A stretch of 63,674 bases of DNA, filler included, from Octopus bimaculoides (taxonomy: Eukaryota): assembly GCF_001194135.2 (NCBI RefSeq). It is 11 parts of 9 records of this genome, joined end to end, with 100 filler letters (N's around TTAATTAATTAA, not from the genome) between each part and the next. Parts side by side here need not be neighbours in the genome. Positions count along the whole stretch, not along the records: positions 9,383 to 16,748 come from NC_068987.1; positions 16,849 to 37,261 come from NC_068988.1; 9 more parts are not named here. The stretch is one strand, 5' to 3'. The notes beneath the pieces are model-generated. The model was not told the origin of the DNA. It was given only the letters and a program-made list of their open reading frames with translations, and ran no database searches. Every line of letters starts with the position of its first letter. Positions within the stretch are counted from its first letter, which is position 1. Position numbers and translations under genes: made by a program. Shown piece by piece: positions 10,926 through 24,026 of this stretch.

Positions 10926-11872
10926 CAGTGGTTCCCAACCAGGGTCCACATGACCATTGTGGGTCCATACAAGAGTTTGCTGTTAAAATCTATGTGCAAT
11001 GAATTGGTTATACTTCTACAGCACAAATCATTTTAACTTTTTAATACAATTCTTGACATTTCGTTTTTGTGTTTCGTTTGCAAGATTCTTTATGTGAATT
11101 CGTGTGTTGAAGCATATTTTTTTGTGTCTGGGGAGAGTCATTGTCTTTTAGTGCCTTATCAATTTAACCCACTCACCAGTCTGATTTCCACTCATTTACT
11201 TACTCTTTTACTCTTTTACTTGTTTCAGTCATTTGACTGCGGCCATGCTGGAGCACTGCCTTTAGTTGAGCAAATCGACCCCAGGACTTATTCTTTGTAA
11301 GCCTAGTACTTATTCTATCGGTTCTTTTGCCAAACCGCTAAGTTACGGGACATAAACACATCAGCATCGGTTGTCAAGCAATGTTGGGGGGGACAAACAC
11401 AGACACACAAACATACATATATACATATACATATATACGACAGGCTTCTTTCAGTTTCCGTCTACCAAATCCACTCATAAGGCTTTGGTTGGCCTGAGGC
11501 TATAGTAGAAGACACTTGTCCAAGGTGCCACACAGTGGGACTGAACCCAGAACTATGTGGTTCATAAGCAAGCTACTTACCACATTTTTTCTAAAATTTT
11601 CGTTGCGTCTTGCACCCTTTTCAATAGTTGACTATTGGAAAGGTTGAAAGATGCAATGAAAATTTTAATAAAAAATAATTAAGTTAATGAGTGGAAATCA
11701 GACCAGTGAGTGGGTTAAAGTAATAAGGCACTGAAAGAGAATGACTCTCCCTAGACACAATAAAATATAACAGGATTTGTTTAAACATTGAATGGCTATG
11801 AGGGTTCAACTGAGTAGAATAGGAACCATAGGGGTCCATAAGTAAAAAAAAGCGGTTGAGAACTGAACCACT
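10926..11872. mobile_element. hAT/Charlie-like non-autonomous element carrying nested insertions (last RAD51AP1 intron)
   Basis: CAGTGGTTCCCAACC at left and GGTTGAGAAC(TGAA)CCACTAG at right, GGGTCCA subterminal motifs; 8-bp TSD not recognisable. Confidence 0.6.
11203..11583 (-). mobile_element. tRNA-derived SINE family C with CORE-like CCTTGGGCAAGTG segment, representative copy
   Basis: Other copies at 3814-4139, 9740-9905, 31600-31920 (-) and 14812-15175, 45410-45860 (+); internal (CA/TA)n. Confidence 0.85.
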
Positions 11873-12610
11873 AGTCTATAACAACAAACTCATAGTTGTG
11901 TGCTAAAGAAGTTCGCTTTCCACATAGTTGCCACATGAGCTTCTTAACCACACAACCAGGTCTGTCCCTGAAGTTGCTTGACTTTCTACAAGTAGTAACA
12001 AGATTTCTTTCAAATCTCACCTTCCCATTTTCAAAAAGAAAGGACATTTCAGGTCATAGAATCCTAGATACACTTTGTCTGGGAAAAGAAAGAGAGAGAC
12101 AGGATAGTCACAGCTAGAACACTTGCTTTTAGCTCTGTTTGATCAGAGCCATCCTAGAGCTAAACAGCAATAACATCATTGTTATTATTATCATTTTATG
12201 TTTTTGTTTTCAATATTTTAAATATCTATAAAATGGTGAGCTGGCAGAATTGTTAGCATGCTGGGCAGAATGCTTAGCGGCATTTCGTTTGTCTTTACAT
12301 TCTGAGTTCAAATTCCACTAAGGTTGACTTTGCCTTTCATCCTTTCAGGGCCGATAAAATAAGTACCGGTTATTGGAGCCTGGTGTTGCCATCTGGTTTC
12401 ACCAGTCCTCAGTCAAATCGTCCAACCCATGCTAGCATGGAAAGTGGACGTTAAACGATGATGAGCGCTGAGGTCAATGTAATTGTCTTACCCCCTTCCC
12501 CAAAATTGCTAGTCTTGTGCCAAAATGTGAGACCAATATTTAAAATTATTTATTTGTATTTTATTCCTCTCTTGTATTTTCTAATGTTTTCATTTTATTG
12601 AATCTTTCAG

Positions 12611-12732
12611 GTAAAGCCACTAGTAGCGCTTCCTCTCTGAAAGTCACCTCTCCGTCTGCTGGAATCCGTATTGGTCTTTCTCGTAACCAAAAAGTAAAAC
12701 CCCTACATCCAACAGTGAAAGCACAGCATTGA
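12611..12732 (+). CDS. RAD51AP1: RAD51AP1-like, last coding exon with C-terminal RAD51-interaction motif (SKATSSASSLKVTSPSAGIRIGLSRNQKVKPLHPTVKAQH*)
   Basis: TCTTTCAG acceptor, phase 1 in frame with the previous exon, TGA at 12730-12732. IRIGLSRNQKVKPLHP closely matches the recalled human C-terminal LRLGLSRLARVKPLHP. Confidence 0.92.
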
Positions 12733-12789
12733 TGGAATATGTACATACATACGCATGTGTGTGTGAATATATACATACATACATACATT

Positions 12790-12834
<45 letters not shown>

Positions 12835-15664
12835 GTGTATGTATGTTTGTGTGTACATTCGTACTTCCACTATATTGCAGTTCAGTGAGAAGTTTTCTTT
12901 GTTGATTATTCAACAGAGCTGTTTATATTTTGTAAATATACAGTAATATATTGTTATATAATGACGTGTTTTGTTCTTTTTTAATGTTATAATTCCTCAT
13001 CGTGCCTCCTTTAAGTATTGCAGAATGGATATAACTCGCATGCACAAATAAATGTCAACCCCAATAAAACTAGCAGCCAAACCATTGCGCTTATGTGTGT
13101 GTGTGCGTGTCTGTGTGTGTATGTGAGAGAAAACGCATCTCCATCAAGGTACATAACTCTGCTTGTTCTAGTTTGCCTGGGTGACGTGAAAAGTGATACT
13201 GTTGAATGGTGGTAGGAAACATTTGCTTCAACGAAAGCCATCTCCTCCACTTCCCACTATCCACTCACGTAGAAATGGCTGTAAAACATCCAAAACTTAT
13301 TATTGATTGGCAAAATTGCTGGAGCTTTGGACACAATGCCCTGTGATATATGCTGAGGCTCTATGTTCTGTGTTCAAATCCCATCAGAGCCAATTTTTAC
13401 CTTTCATCCTTTCAAGGTCGATAAAATACTGTATTTTAACGTGTATAAGGAATCCCCTAATTTTTGGGGCTTGAAATTTAGACAAAAGATTTTGTAAGGG
13501 ATTATAATACTGTGCATGTATAAGAAACTCCCATATTTTTTTAACTTAATTTTTGACAAAAAAGGGTTCCTTATACACATTAAAATACAGTAAATACCAG
13601 TCATATACTGGGGTTAATGGTATCGCCTAATGCACTCACCCAAAAATTGTTAATCTTGTAATGTAATGCTTCTATCAGCTCACTGACTTGATATGAAGTA
13701 ACCAACCTTATTTTAGAAAATTACTATTTTTAAATCTCACAACGTGAGATATTCAGCAACAGTACTTTGCAGTAAAGATTGTTTGCCAACATAACATGGC
13801 AGTCCTGGTTTAGGACGAATGTTGCAGTAATTTAGCAACATGTTGGCAAACAAACTTTACTACAACCGTATTTTGTCTTTGTATTTGGTTTGCAAGATTC
13901 TTGATGTGGGATCATGTCATCATCATTATCATTTAACATCTGTTCTCCATGCTGGCATGGGTTGGATGGTTTGACATGGAGCTGGCCAGCTGAGAGCAGT
14001 CCAGACTACAATTGTTTGTTGTGGCATGGTTTCTGTGGCTGGATGCCCTTCCTAATGCCAGCCACTTCACAGAGTGTGCTGGGTGCTTTTTATATGTCAC
14101 TGTCATGGGTGCATTAATGCAACACTGGCACGAGTGCTTTTTAAGTGGCACTGGCACCTGAAACGACAAGCCTGTATGTGTGGAAGACAGCTGTTTTACT
14201 TCTCTTTTTGTGTCTTATCAAGTACAGCAAATTCTTTCTTCTGGGAGAGAGAAAAGTTTTACTTTGTCCTTAGTGAATGAGAACATAGACACAGAAGAAA
14301 ACGTCAGGAAATAGCAGAGAATTAATTGTTGCACATATGTGGGAGAAAAGGGAGACTTGTGATGGAAAGGTAGAAGTATGGCTGTGTGGTGAGAAATTTG
14401 TTTCCCGACCACATTTTGTTTTCAGTCCTACTGCACAGAACCATGATTTCCACAGCTGGATGCCCTTCCTAATGCCAATCATTTTACAGGTGCCTTTTGC
14501 GTGGTACTGGCACAGATGCTTTTTACTTGACACAAGCACAGGGAGCAGCATTAAAACTTCTGCTGTGGATAGATGTGTGTGTGTGTGTCTGTGTCTTGGA
14601 ATTTGCTGAGGCAGAATTTCTAGAACTGGATGTGCTTCATTTTGTTAACCCTAACCTGCTTTCAAGTAAAGTAATATTTCCCCATAGTCAGACATATTTT
14701 CACAGAGGATTGAAAATGAAGGACACTGCTGTACAACAGTGATACTCGTTTACAACCATCATGCAACATCAAGACAAGGAGACACCAATTCTCTTTCTCG
14801 CACAAATGCACAAACATGGCTGTGTGATAAGAAGTTTGCTTTCCAACTATATGGTCTCAGGTTCAATCCCACTGCATGGTACCTCAGACAAGTGTCTCCT
14901 ACTATAGCCTCAGGCTGGCCAAAACCTTGTAAGTGGATTTGGTAGATGGAAACTCAAAGAAGCCTGTCAATATATGTGTGTGTGTTTGTCCCCTACCACC
15001 ACTTGACAACTGGTGCTGGTTTGTTTATGTCCCTGTAACTTAGCGGTTCAGCAAAAGAGTGCAATAGAATAAGTACCAGGCTTTAAAAAAAAAGTACTAG
15101 GGTTGATTTATCTGGCTAAAATTTCTTCAAGGTGGTGCTCCAGCATGGCCGCAGTCTAATGACTGATAAAAGAGAAAGAGTGAGACCAAAGAAGGTTGAA
15201 TGAAAAAGAAGGTATGTTGGTCAGTTTAATGTTGATCGGGTCAATGGCCATAATACATAGCTTGTCAATAAAATTAGTCATATGTTTATATACATAAAAC
15301 TTGTAGTCTAGCTTTCTGTTGTTTGAGATTACCCCACTGTTGTTTTCTAACCTCAATTCCTGTTTTGCATTGACAAGTAGCAGATGTTCTGTAAAAAAAA
15401 AAAAATCTAAAATCTATCAGTTGCTTGTAATCATGTATGGGAATTAGCTCATCAGAGCTAGTTCACTTCTTTCCATGATGCCAAGATAGAGTAGCTGTAA
15501 AGCTTCTTATTTAAATGCAAATGTCTGACTATGTACGACATATTTACTTGATGGCACAAGGTTGATGACCTGACAATAATTACTGGAGTATCAATATTAG
15601 ATTAGGAAAAGGAAGTGAGCTGGCAGAACCAGACAAAATGCTTAGCAGCATTTCTTCCATACAA

Positions 15665-15875
15665 GGCGGCGAGCTGGCAGAAACGTTAGCACGCCGGGCG
15701 AAATGCTTAGCGGTATTTCGTCTGCCGCTACGGTTCTGAGTTCAAATTCCGCCGAGGTCGACTTTGCCTTTCATTCTTTCAGGGTCGATTAAATAAGTAC
15801 CAGTTATGCACTGGAGTCGATGTAATCGACTTAATCCGTTTGTTTAGCCCCCTTGTGGGCAGTAAAGAAATAAGC
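15665..15875 (+). mobile_element. tRNA-derived SINE family A (head GGCGGCGAGCTGGCAGAAACG; central GTCGACTTTGCCTTTCATCC domain), representative copy
   Basis: A/B-box-like head (GAGTTCAAATTCC). Other copies at ~10223-10500, 12236-12540, 13310-13445, 29048-29465, 41950-42125, 50146-50290 (+) and 16200-16626, 22030-22140, 32100-32260, 34270-34698, 42460-42625 (-). Confidence 0.85.
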
Positions 15876-16629
15876 ATTTCTTCCATACTCTTTTACTTGT
15901 TTCAGTCTTCTCACTCTACCTTTACTGTGGCCTGACCTCTGTTCCTTGGAGTTGGTTGATCTCATGACCCCCCCCCCTCCATGTTCACCCCCTCTCTCTT
16001 CATTCATATTGTATCATTCCTTCTACTAATCCTACCCCAATCTTCCACTACAGTCAATCCTTCTTCCTCGTAATTTCATTCCTCTGAAATCTTCTTCCTG
16101 CAGTTGTGGAAGAAGAATATCAACTGTATTGTTCTTACTAGTCTTAGAAGGCCTGAGAAGTTATCATGGGCACAGCTCTTCTTCCAGATCAAACTATTAA
16201 TAATGGGTTTCAAATTTTGTCACGAGGCCGGCTATTTCAAGGAGGAGATAAATTGATTACATTGACCCCAGTGCTCAACTGGTACTTGTTATATCGACCC
16301 CGAAGGGATGAAAGGTAAAGTCAACCTTTGAACTCAGAACATAAGGACAGCTGATATGCTTCTAAGCATTTTTCTCATCTTTCATCCTTTAATAATAATA
16401 ATAATAATAATAATCTTTCTTCTATAAGCACAAGGCCTGAAATTTTGGGGGAAGGGGGCCAGTCAATTAGATTGACTCTAGTATGCAACTGGTACTTAAT
16501 TTATCGACCCTGAAAGGATGAAAGGCAGAGTCGACCTTGGCGGAATTTGAACTCAGAACGTAGCAACGCGCAAAATGCCACGAAGCATTTCATCTAGCGT
16601 GTTAACAATTCTGCCAGCCTGTCACCTTC

Positions 16630-16630
<1 letters not shown>

Positions 16631-16696
<66 letters not shown>

Positions 16697-16705
16697 TAAA
16701 AATAA

Positions 16706-16748
<43 letters not shown>
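16631..16748. repeat. (AAT)n microsatellite
   Basis: Direct; similar tracts at 37070-37127, 53545-53632, 60168-60243. Confidence 0.95.
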
Positions 16749-16848
16749 NNNNNNNNNNNNNNNNNNNNNNNNNNNNNNNNNNNNNNNNNNNNTTAATTAA
16801 TTAANNNNNNNNNNNNNNNNNNNNNNNNNNNNNNNNNNNNNNNNNNNN

Positions 16849-16907
<59 letters not shown>

Positions 16908-18660
16908 TTACGCATCACAATACAAAACCCTATACAATAACCACAGATCAAAATAACACAACTCAAAGTCTACATATTCTACACAGACAAACAAAGCGTT
17001 AAAATAACACCAGAAATAAAAAAAATAAAAAACAAACTCCACAATAATACAAAACTGCAGCTAATATCAGATAATGTTTAACATATACAATACTTATCAT
17101 TTTGATAATTTTTTTCTAATTTCACATTGTCTATACGAAAGAATGAAATGAATATTGATTTTTCAACATATAAAATATATGCCTATTAAATTAAAATAAT
17201 AATTAAATAAACCAAATTTCTTTTTTCTATATTTACAATAATTATATATTATCAATAACATTGATACTGTTTAACTATAAATTTCAATAATATTTTAATA
17301 TTCTGATAACGAATTTTCACTACGTGATTTAAATATTCGAACTGTTTATATTGGATTGAAACATTGCTTGATTATGGCTTTGTACCATTTTGCGTAACAT
17401 ATTAAGTTGTGCCACTTTGTGTAACATTAATTTTGTTACGTTCAAGGTATTCGGCATTTCCTTCTATATTTACCTGTGTATGTTCAGTCCCACTTCGTTA
17501 TGCCTCGACAAGCACCTTCTACTATAGCTCTTTCAGTTTAAAGTTAAACTCTTTTTATCCACGACTTAAACATAAAAACAGACAAGTACATACATACATA
17601 CATACACAAACACAATTTTTTCCACTCCTGATATTTAATTATTTTAAACCGGCAGCATTTCCTGACTTCCATTGTTGTTTGATTACAGTCGCTTAAGCAC
17701 TTATTAAGTATATCACGCGGTTATTAATGAATGCGCGCGTGTGTGTGTGTATGTATGTATGTATGTATGTATGTATGTATGTATATGAATGCATGTATGT
17801 GTGTACGTATGGGTGTATGTGTGTATGTATGTATGTATGTATGTATGTATGTGTGTATGTATGTATGTGTGTATGTATGTATGTATGTATGTGTGTATGT
17901 ATGTATGTATGTATTTATGTATGTATGTATACGTGCAGATCTGTGTGTTTTGTTTTATGTATGTCTTCTATTGCATATGCTTGCATCTCTAGACATGTAT
18001 GTATGCATGTANNNNNNNNNNNNNNNNNNNNNNNNNNNNNNNNNNNNNNNNNNNNNNNNNNNNNNNNNNNNNNNNNNNNNNNNNNNNNNNNNNNNNNNNN
18101 NNNNNNNNNNNNNNNNNNNNNNNNNNNNNNNNNNNNNNNNNNNNNNNNNNNNNNNNNNNNNNNNNNNNNNNNNNNNNNNNNNNNNNNNNNNNNNNNNNNN
18201 NNNNNNNNNNNNNNNNNNNNNNNNNNNNNNNNNNNNNNNNNNNNNNNNNNNNNNNNNNNNNNNNNNNNNNNNNNNNNNNNNNNNNNNNNNNNNNNNNNNN
18301 NNNNNNNNNNNAGAGAGAGAGAGAGGGGGGAGGGATAGGGGGTGTAGTAAGATAGATAAAGCCAGTTAGGCTTCACATAATTTTCTTTTGCTATCTTTTT
18401 TCTTTATTTTCTAACCTATATTTCTCGTGCTTCATGGAAGTACCCGTCTCAAGCATACCCGTGTTTCTCTTCTTGACTATGTCTTTAACACCCCGATAAG
18501 GATTGTTCTTATAGCCGACTGTTCTTTTTTTTCTTCTTTGATTTTGAGTCGACGACCCTCAGCGAAGAAGAAGAAGAAGCTGGAGTTTAAGTTCCCATCC
18601 ATTTTTCAGCATTATGCTGTGCTGTCTGTATTAAGCATATTTTCCTTTCATCAATTCACT

Positions 18661-18663
18661 CTA

Positions 18664-18742
<79 letters not shown>

Positions 18743-18743
18743 G

Positions 18744-18790
<47 letters not shown>

Positions 18791-19005
18791 TTATCTATCT
18801 CTCTATCTATCTATTTATCTATTTATCTATTTATCTGTCTGTCTGTCTGTCTGTCTGTCTGTATGTATGTATGTATGTACGGTTGGATGGATAGATGGAG
18901 TGACTCATTTGCTTGGAACGAATAAATAATCATCTGTACTACGTGTATTGAGTTCTTTCACACACACGCACACACATACACACCCACACCCACACGCACA
19001 CACAA

Positions 19006-19037
<32 letters not shown>

Positions 19038-19123
19038 TCAAACACGCACGCCTACACACACACACACTCATCAATTATTATGAGGCTGAAATGTTTGATA
19101 GACACATACACCACACATTTACG

Positions 19124-19182
<59 letters not shown>

Positions 19183-19200
19183 ACATACATATATATGTAT
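18661..19200. repeat. Compound (CTAT)n/(CTGT)n/(CA)n/(AT)n/(GT)n microsatellites
   Basis: Direct; similar compound tracts at 17740-18010, 25230-25790, 27777-28360, 30170-30590, 48040-48410, 53690-54560, 57530-58010, 58780-58980, 59510-59699. Confidence 0.95.
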
Positions 19201-21676
19201 GACTATATACATGTTCTTATGTGTGTATTATATACGTATGTGTGTAGGACACCGAATGAGGGAGGGGTGGGGAGAAAGAGTGTAATGGCCGAATAAGTAA
19301 ACAACATGTGTAAAGAAAATGAACTATCTATCTGATGGCTCTATCTGCGTCATTTTGTGAATGTATCATCCATAAATCTTGAAGGTAGATTGGCACGCTG
19401 TATTTCTTTAGGATAAATCGATATTTTATGATTTATTTATGTAAGTTTTATGATTTGACCATATCAGAAAAATCACTTTCGTAAATAAGGCTTGCAGCCT
19501 TGAAATTCGTTTTACTCTTGCGTTCGTTGGTTGGCTATTTCGACACAAATTCTCTTGCAGTTTTCTTATACACTTGCTCGTTAACTAAAAAGATATTTGC
19601 TAAAGAAAGCGAACCTAATGTTTATAATGTGTTGCTCATACACTTGACGAGCAATGTCTGTTACTATGTCAACCAAATGAAAAGAGACTAGCCAATACTA
19701 CATATATTTTTTTCTCCCGTCGGCCTCAAAACTTTCCGGTAAAAACTTTACAAGTTTTACACACAATTTCCAGTAAAAGTTTCACAATTTTTATCCAAGT
19801 GTCATTAAAAATTTCTCAGTTGTTATTCAATTTCCAGTAAAAATATAACAATTTTTACAAGATTGCCTGTAAAAACTTTATTTTTACACTTTTCCCAGGA
19901 AAAATGTCTGAATTTTTACTGAAAAATTGAAGACCTTACTTTTGGTTTGCCATCTTTTCCAAAAATAATTTTAATCGCTAATACACGCAATGTCTGTGAA
20001 TTTATACGCTTGTATGGATGTACATGTGCGTGTGAATTCACGCGTGTATGCTTGTATAAATGTTAATTATATATTTAAAAATATATATAAATCTTTTTAC
20101 TTAGAGGAAAAAATATAAGAATTACGAAAAGACGGGTGGGGGAGAAAGGTTTCATTACCTTATCTAAACACACTTCGTTCATTTTTCTGATTGATCCGCA
20201 CATTTTTGGCAACATAAAAATTGGTTCTTCCGTTTTGTGTGAAAAGTTTTTTTGTCATAAAATCTTCTATCAAAGTTATTTTATGACGTTGTCATTCGTA
20301 GGAATGGGTGGCAAATCACAGAACACCAAGCAGGCAGGCGATTCTGATTAGAATATCCAGAGAGTTCTTCATTTCAATTTTGGTTTGGTTTTCGCATCAT
20401 TTTTTTATTATTATTATTTCTTTTTTCGCAAGTTTTTGATTTGATTTTTATGACAGTAATTTCCACAACGTTTTGATGTAACAACTAGCGTTGATGGTTG
20501 TCCTGTTTGACAAGATTTTAATTAGCTAAATGTTCTTCTGCTTTGATAAAGTACTACCAATCACTTCACCTTCACAGCAGGGAACGGTCTTGAATAGTTT
20601 TACACTAAATTTAACTGTTCATTAGCAATATGTTGAAACTCATCAAAATCCTGTTTTATGCAACACGAAAAGGCAAATTTATTACACGGGAATGCTGTTG
20701 CAGCTTCTGTTAACATCGTTGTTGTTGTTGTTGCTGCTGCTTCTGTTATCATGTTGTTGTTGTTGTTGTTGTTGCTTCTACTGCTATTCCTTCAGCTTTT
20801 GCTGTCGTTGTTGGTTTTGTTTTTAGGTGAGAATCATTCCTGCCAGCTCTGTTTAAACAGACATTACGGCACCGTGGCTGCTGAATGAACGGAATATTCC
20901 GTCACCATTTCCCCGCTGTCACCATATCATAGTTAAAATATTGGCCGCATTTTTAGATAAAAAGCGTAGAGTTTTGGAGCAATATTTCGTTTCGGTTTCG
21001 AATCATGTCAAAATGAACGTTTATAAGCTGTATGTGATGACTACACAAAATGGAACAGAAACACCACAGATGTTTAAAGAATCTGTATCATCCCTTAGAA
21101 GTATAGGACGAGGTTTTTGCATTGCAACTGCTTAAAAGTACGGTGTCACTGGTATAGAAACGCGATTCCGGCTCATTTAGTGGGGTGAGATCACGAATTG
21201 TAAATTGAATTTGTGCGCTTAATCGATAAGTGTTCTGAACCACATGCTGTCTATAAAAACAGCCATTTTTTAAATAACAAACGGTCAGAAAAGACACAAT
21301 TTGCAACACAGCGGCGACACACCCTACACACTTCAAAATCAAATGAGAAACCGGTTAAGTGTGTGTATGTGTTTGTATGTGTGTGTGTGTGTATGTGTTT
21401 GTATGTGTATGTGTGTGGGTCTGAAAAACCAATGCTTTTACCAGTAACACCCCCATTATCACCACCACTACAACCACCTCAACCATCAGTATCATCACTA
21501 CCACCGCCCTTTCCCATCACCACCACCACCACCACCACCACCACCACCATCGTCCCACCACCATCGCCACCAATACGACCGCTTTCGTCACATTATCGAA
21601 GTCACTACTCGATTATCACAATTTAAAGTAATGGCGATTGCTGACTTCCCAAGTCATCATTCTCATTATATTTGCC

Positions 21677-21708
<32 letters not shown>

Positions 21709-22969
21709 CAACAAAAACAACAACAGCCGTATAATTAGCACCATCGCCGCCACAAATCTGTCTCGTCTCTCACATTCACCCGACTACCACGCAGCTGCCT
21801 CTGCCGACAAGAGCCAACATGGAAGCCGAAGCGCTTACATAGTCACTAGGCATGCTAAATGTAGTACCTGGATCTCCCTCATATTACATCCGACCGTCTT
21901 TTTTTTTTTTTTAAACAAAAAAAAAATGAACGAAACCTCATTTGAAGCAACGTCTATTTGTAGACTTTTTTCAAGGTGGTGCCCCAGTATGACCGCTGCT
22001 CAATGAGTGAAATAAATAAAAGAATCTTTTCTTCTTTAGGCACAAGACCCGAAATTTTTGGGAAGGTACTCAATTTATCGACTCCGAAAGGATGAAAAGC
22101 AAAGTCGACCTCGGCGGAATTTGAACTCAGAACGTAATAAGTAAAAGAATGAAGGTACGAATACAAAGAGATAATGTATTCCTAGATGTACTATGCCAAA
22201 AAAAAATATCAATAACAGGTGAAGGTTGTCACGGATGGGATGGCTTTTGATAATAAATCTGCTCGGAAGCAGCGTTTATTAGTCAGCTTTTCAAGGCGAT
22301 GTCCCAGCATGACCGCAGTTTAGACTGAAAAGAATACAGCGGATAATGCAGTATTGAATAAAATAAACAATAATAATAAAGGATGGTGGTTGTCACGGTT
22401 GGGATGTCTTCTGATTATAAATCTACTCGATACGAGCTGACTTGGAGGTTTAAACAACAGCTTAAACAACATCAAAAAGGAAGAGCAACAAAAACGACAA
22501 CATGCGACTACGACGACGACGTCAACCTCGTCGCTAAAACCGGTTGTTGTCTCTCGTATCTTGTCTTGCCACCGGATATAGATGGCTTCCAGCAATTGAG
22601 AAAGGTTGATGTATATAAACAGTAAATTTGCAAATCTCTGATGAGTCATCTGCTATTGCTATTTGCTATGTCAGTGCATGATACATTATTGTTATCTCTC
22701 TACTCGTCTTTCTACTCTCTCTTTTTACTACCTCCGCCTCATTCCACCCGTCTCTTTTGCCTTCTGCCTTTTGCCTTCTGCCCCCTCTCTCCCTCCCCCC
22801 TCTCTCTCTCTCTCTGTTTTTCTCTTTTCTCAGACAGACGCCATGGTTATTTTAGCGTTTTATCATCATCTCGTTTCAGCTTTAGAACAGCATATCTTCC
22901 AAAACAAACAACTAAATTATCATCTTAGAGTGGGGGTTTGTTCTCGTTATCATCAACATGAGCCGAACG

Positions 22970-23002
<33 letters not shown>

Positions 23003-23761
23003 AATCACTTGCACTCGCGTACAGCACTCATGTACACATGTATATATGCAACAAAATCTCCATAAAGAAGAAACCCCTAGTCAGAATTAGAATCCCAATG
23101 AAGAACAATCACGCGATATCCATGTTCGGTATAATATATACAGGAAAACCGCCATAAACTAAAAAGCGAAAAACACCTAAACAGAATTAACCCTACAAGA
23201 AACAGAATGAAGGATAACTTAGAAACCACGACAACACAAAATACGAAAGACTCGCTGTCAAATAAGCAAGGATATGAAAAGTATTAATCTCATCTTCTGC
23301 TGGCTAACGGATATCATTATAGTTTCGACACCTAGGCAGGACCACTCAGCCCGGCAGTGTTAGTAGCGTTAAAAACATAAATACTGTCTGGGAATTAGTG
23401 GTGCAATATGTCCGTTATATTTACATCTGCTTATTATTACAAAACAGAAATGCAAACAACAGATTTCAAACAAATCGTTATATACTTATAGCTACGAAGC
23501 ATGGAAATTAAAGAATATAATATAGGAAACAAAGAAATAGCTTCAAAACTGACACTGCCACTCCAAGAACTATAGAACTTATATATCCCTCTGGTACTCC
23601 ATCGTCTACGACGACTCGGGTTCCAGTTGATCCGATCTACAGAACATCCTGCTCGTGAAAGTAACATGAAAATGGCTGAGCACTCTACAGACATGCGTAC
23701 CTTTAATGTAGTTCTCAAGGTGATACATCGTGACAAGGCTGGCCCTTTGAAAAATAAGGTA

Positions 23762-24026
23762 CAGTAATCTCTCGCCATATCACGGTTCACCTATCGCTGT
23801 TAACCTATCGCTGTTAACCTATCGCTGTTAACCTATCGCGGTTTATTATTTAAGCTTGCTTCGATTCCTCCGTGGTGTTGTTTTGCATTTATAATAAAAT
23901 AAATATATACAAATCATAAAAATAATTTAAAAAAATATACAATACAGTACTGTTTCTACTTCGCAGATTTTCACCTATCGCGTGGCTTTTAGGAACGTAA
24001 CAGCCGCGATAATCGAAGGATTGCTG
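23762..24026. mobile_element. Tigger/pogo-type MITE with ~23-bp TIRs and TA target duplication
   Basis: TA-CAGTAATCTCTCGCCATATCACGG ... CCGCGATAATCGAAGGATTGCTG-TA; splits a SINE (23591-24168). Confidence 0.8.

Noticed and set aside
12603-12616. CAG/GTAAAG recursive-splice-like site at the last exon acceptor
   Set aside because: GT is required by the reading frame (Ser AGT), and no downstream alternative exon is evident.
20941-21135. Mariner N-terminal remnant (GTETPQMFKE)
   Set aside because: Similarity too short and no TIRs found.
20600-23450. Promoter or 5' UTR of a second gene
   Set aside because: Low-complexity tracts and isolated TATA/AP-1-like words, with no linked coding exon.
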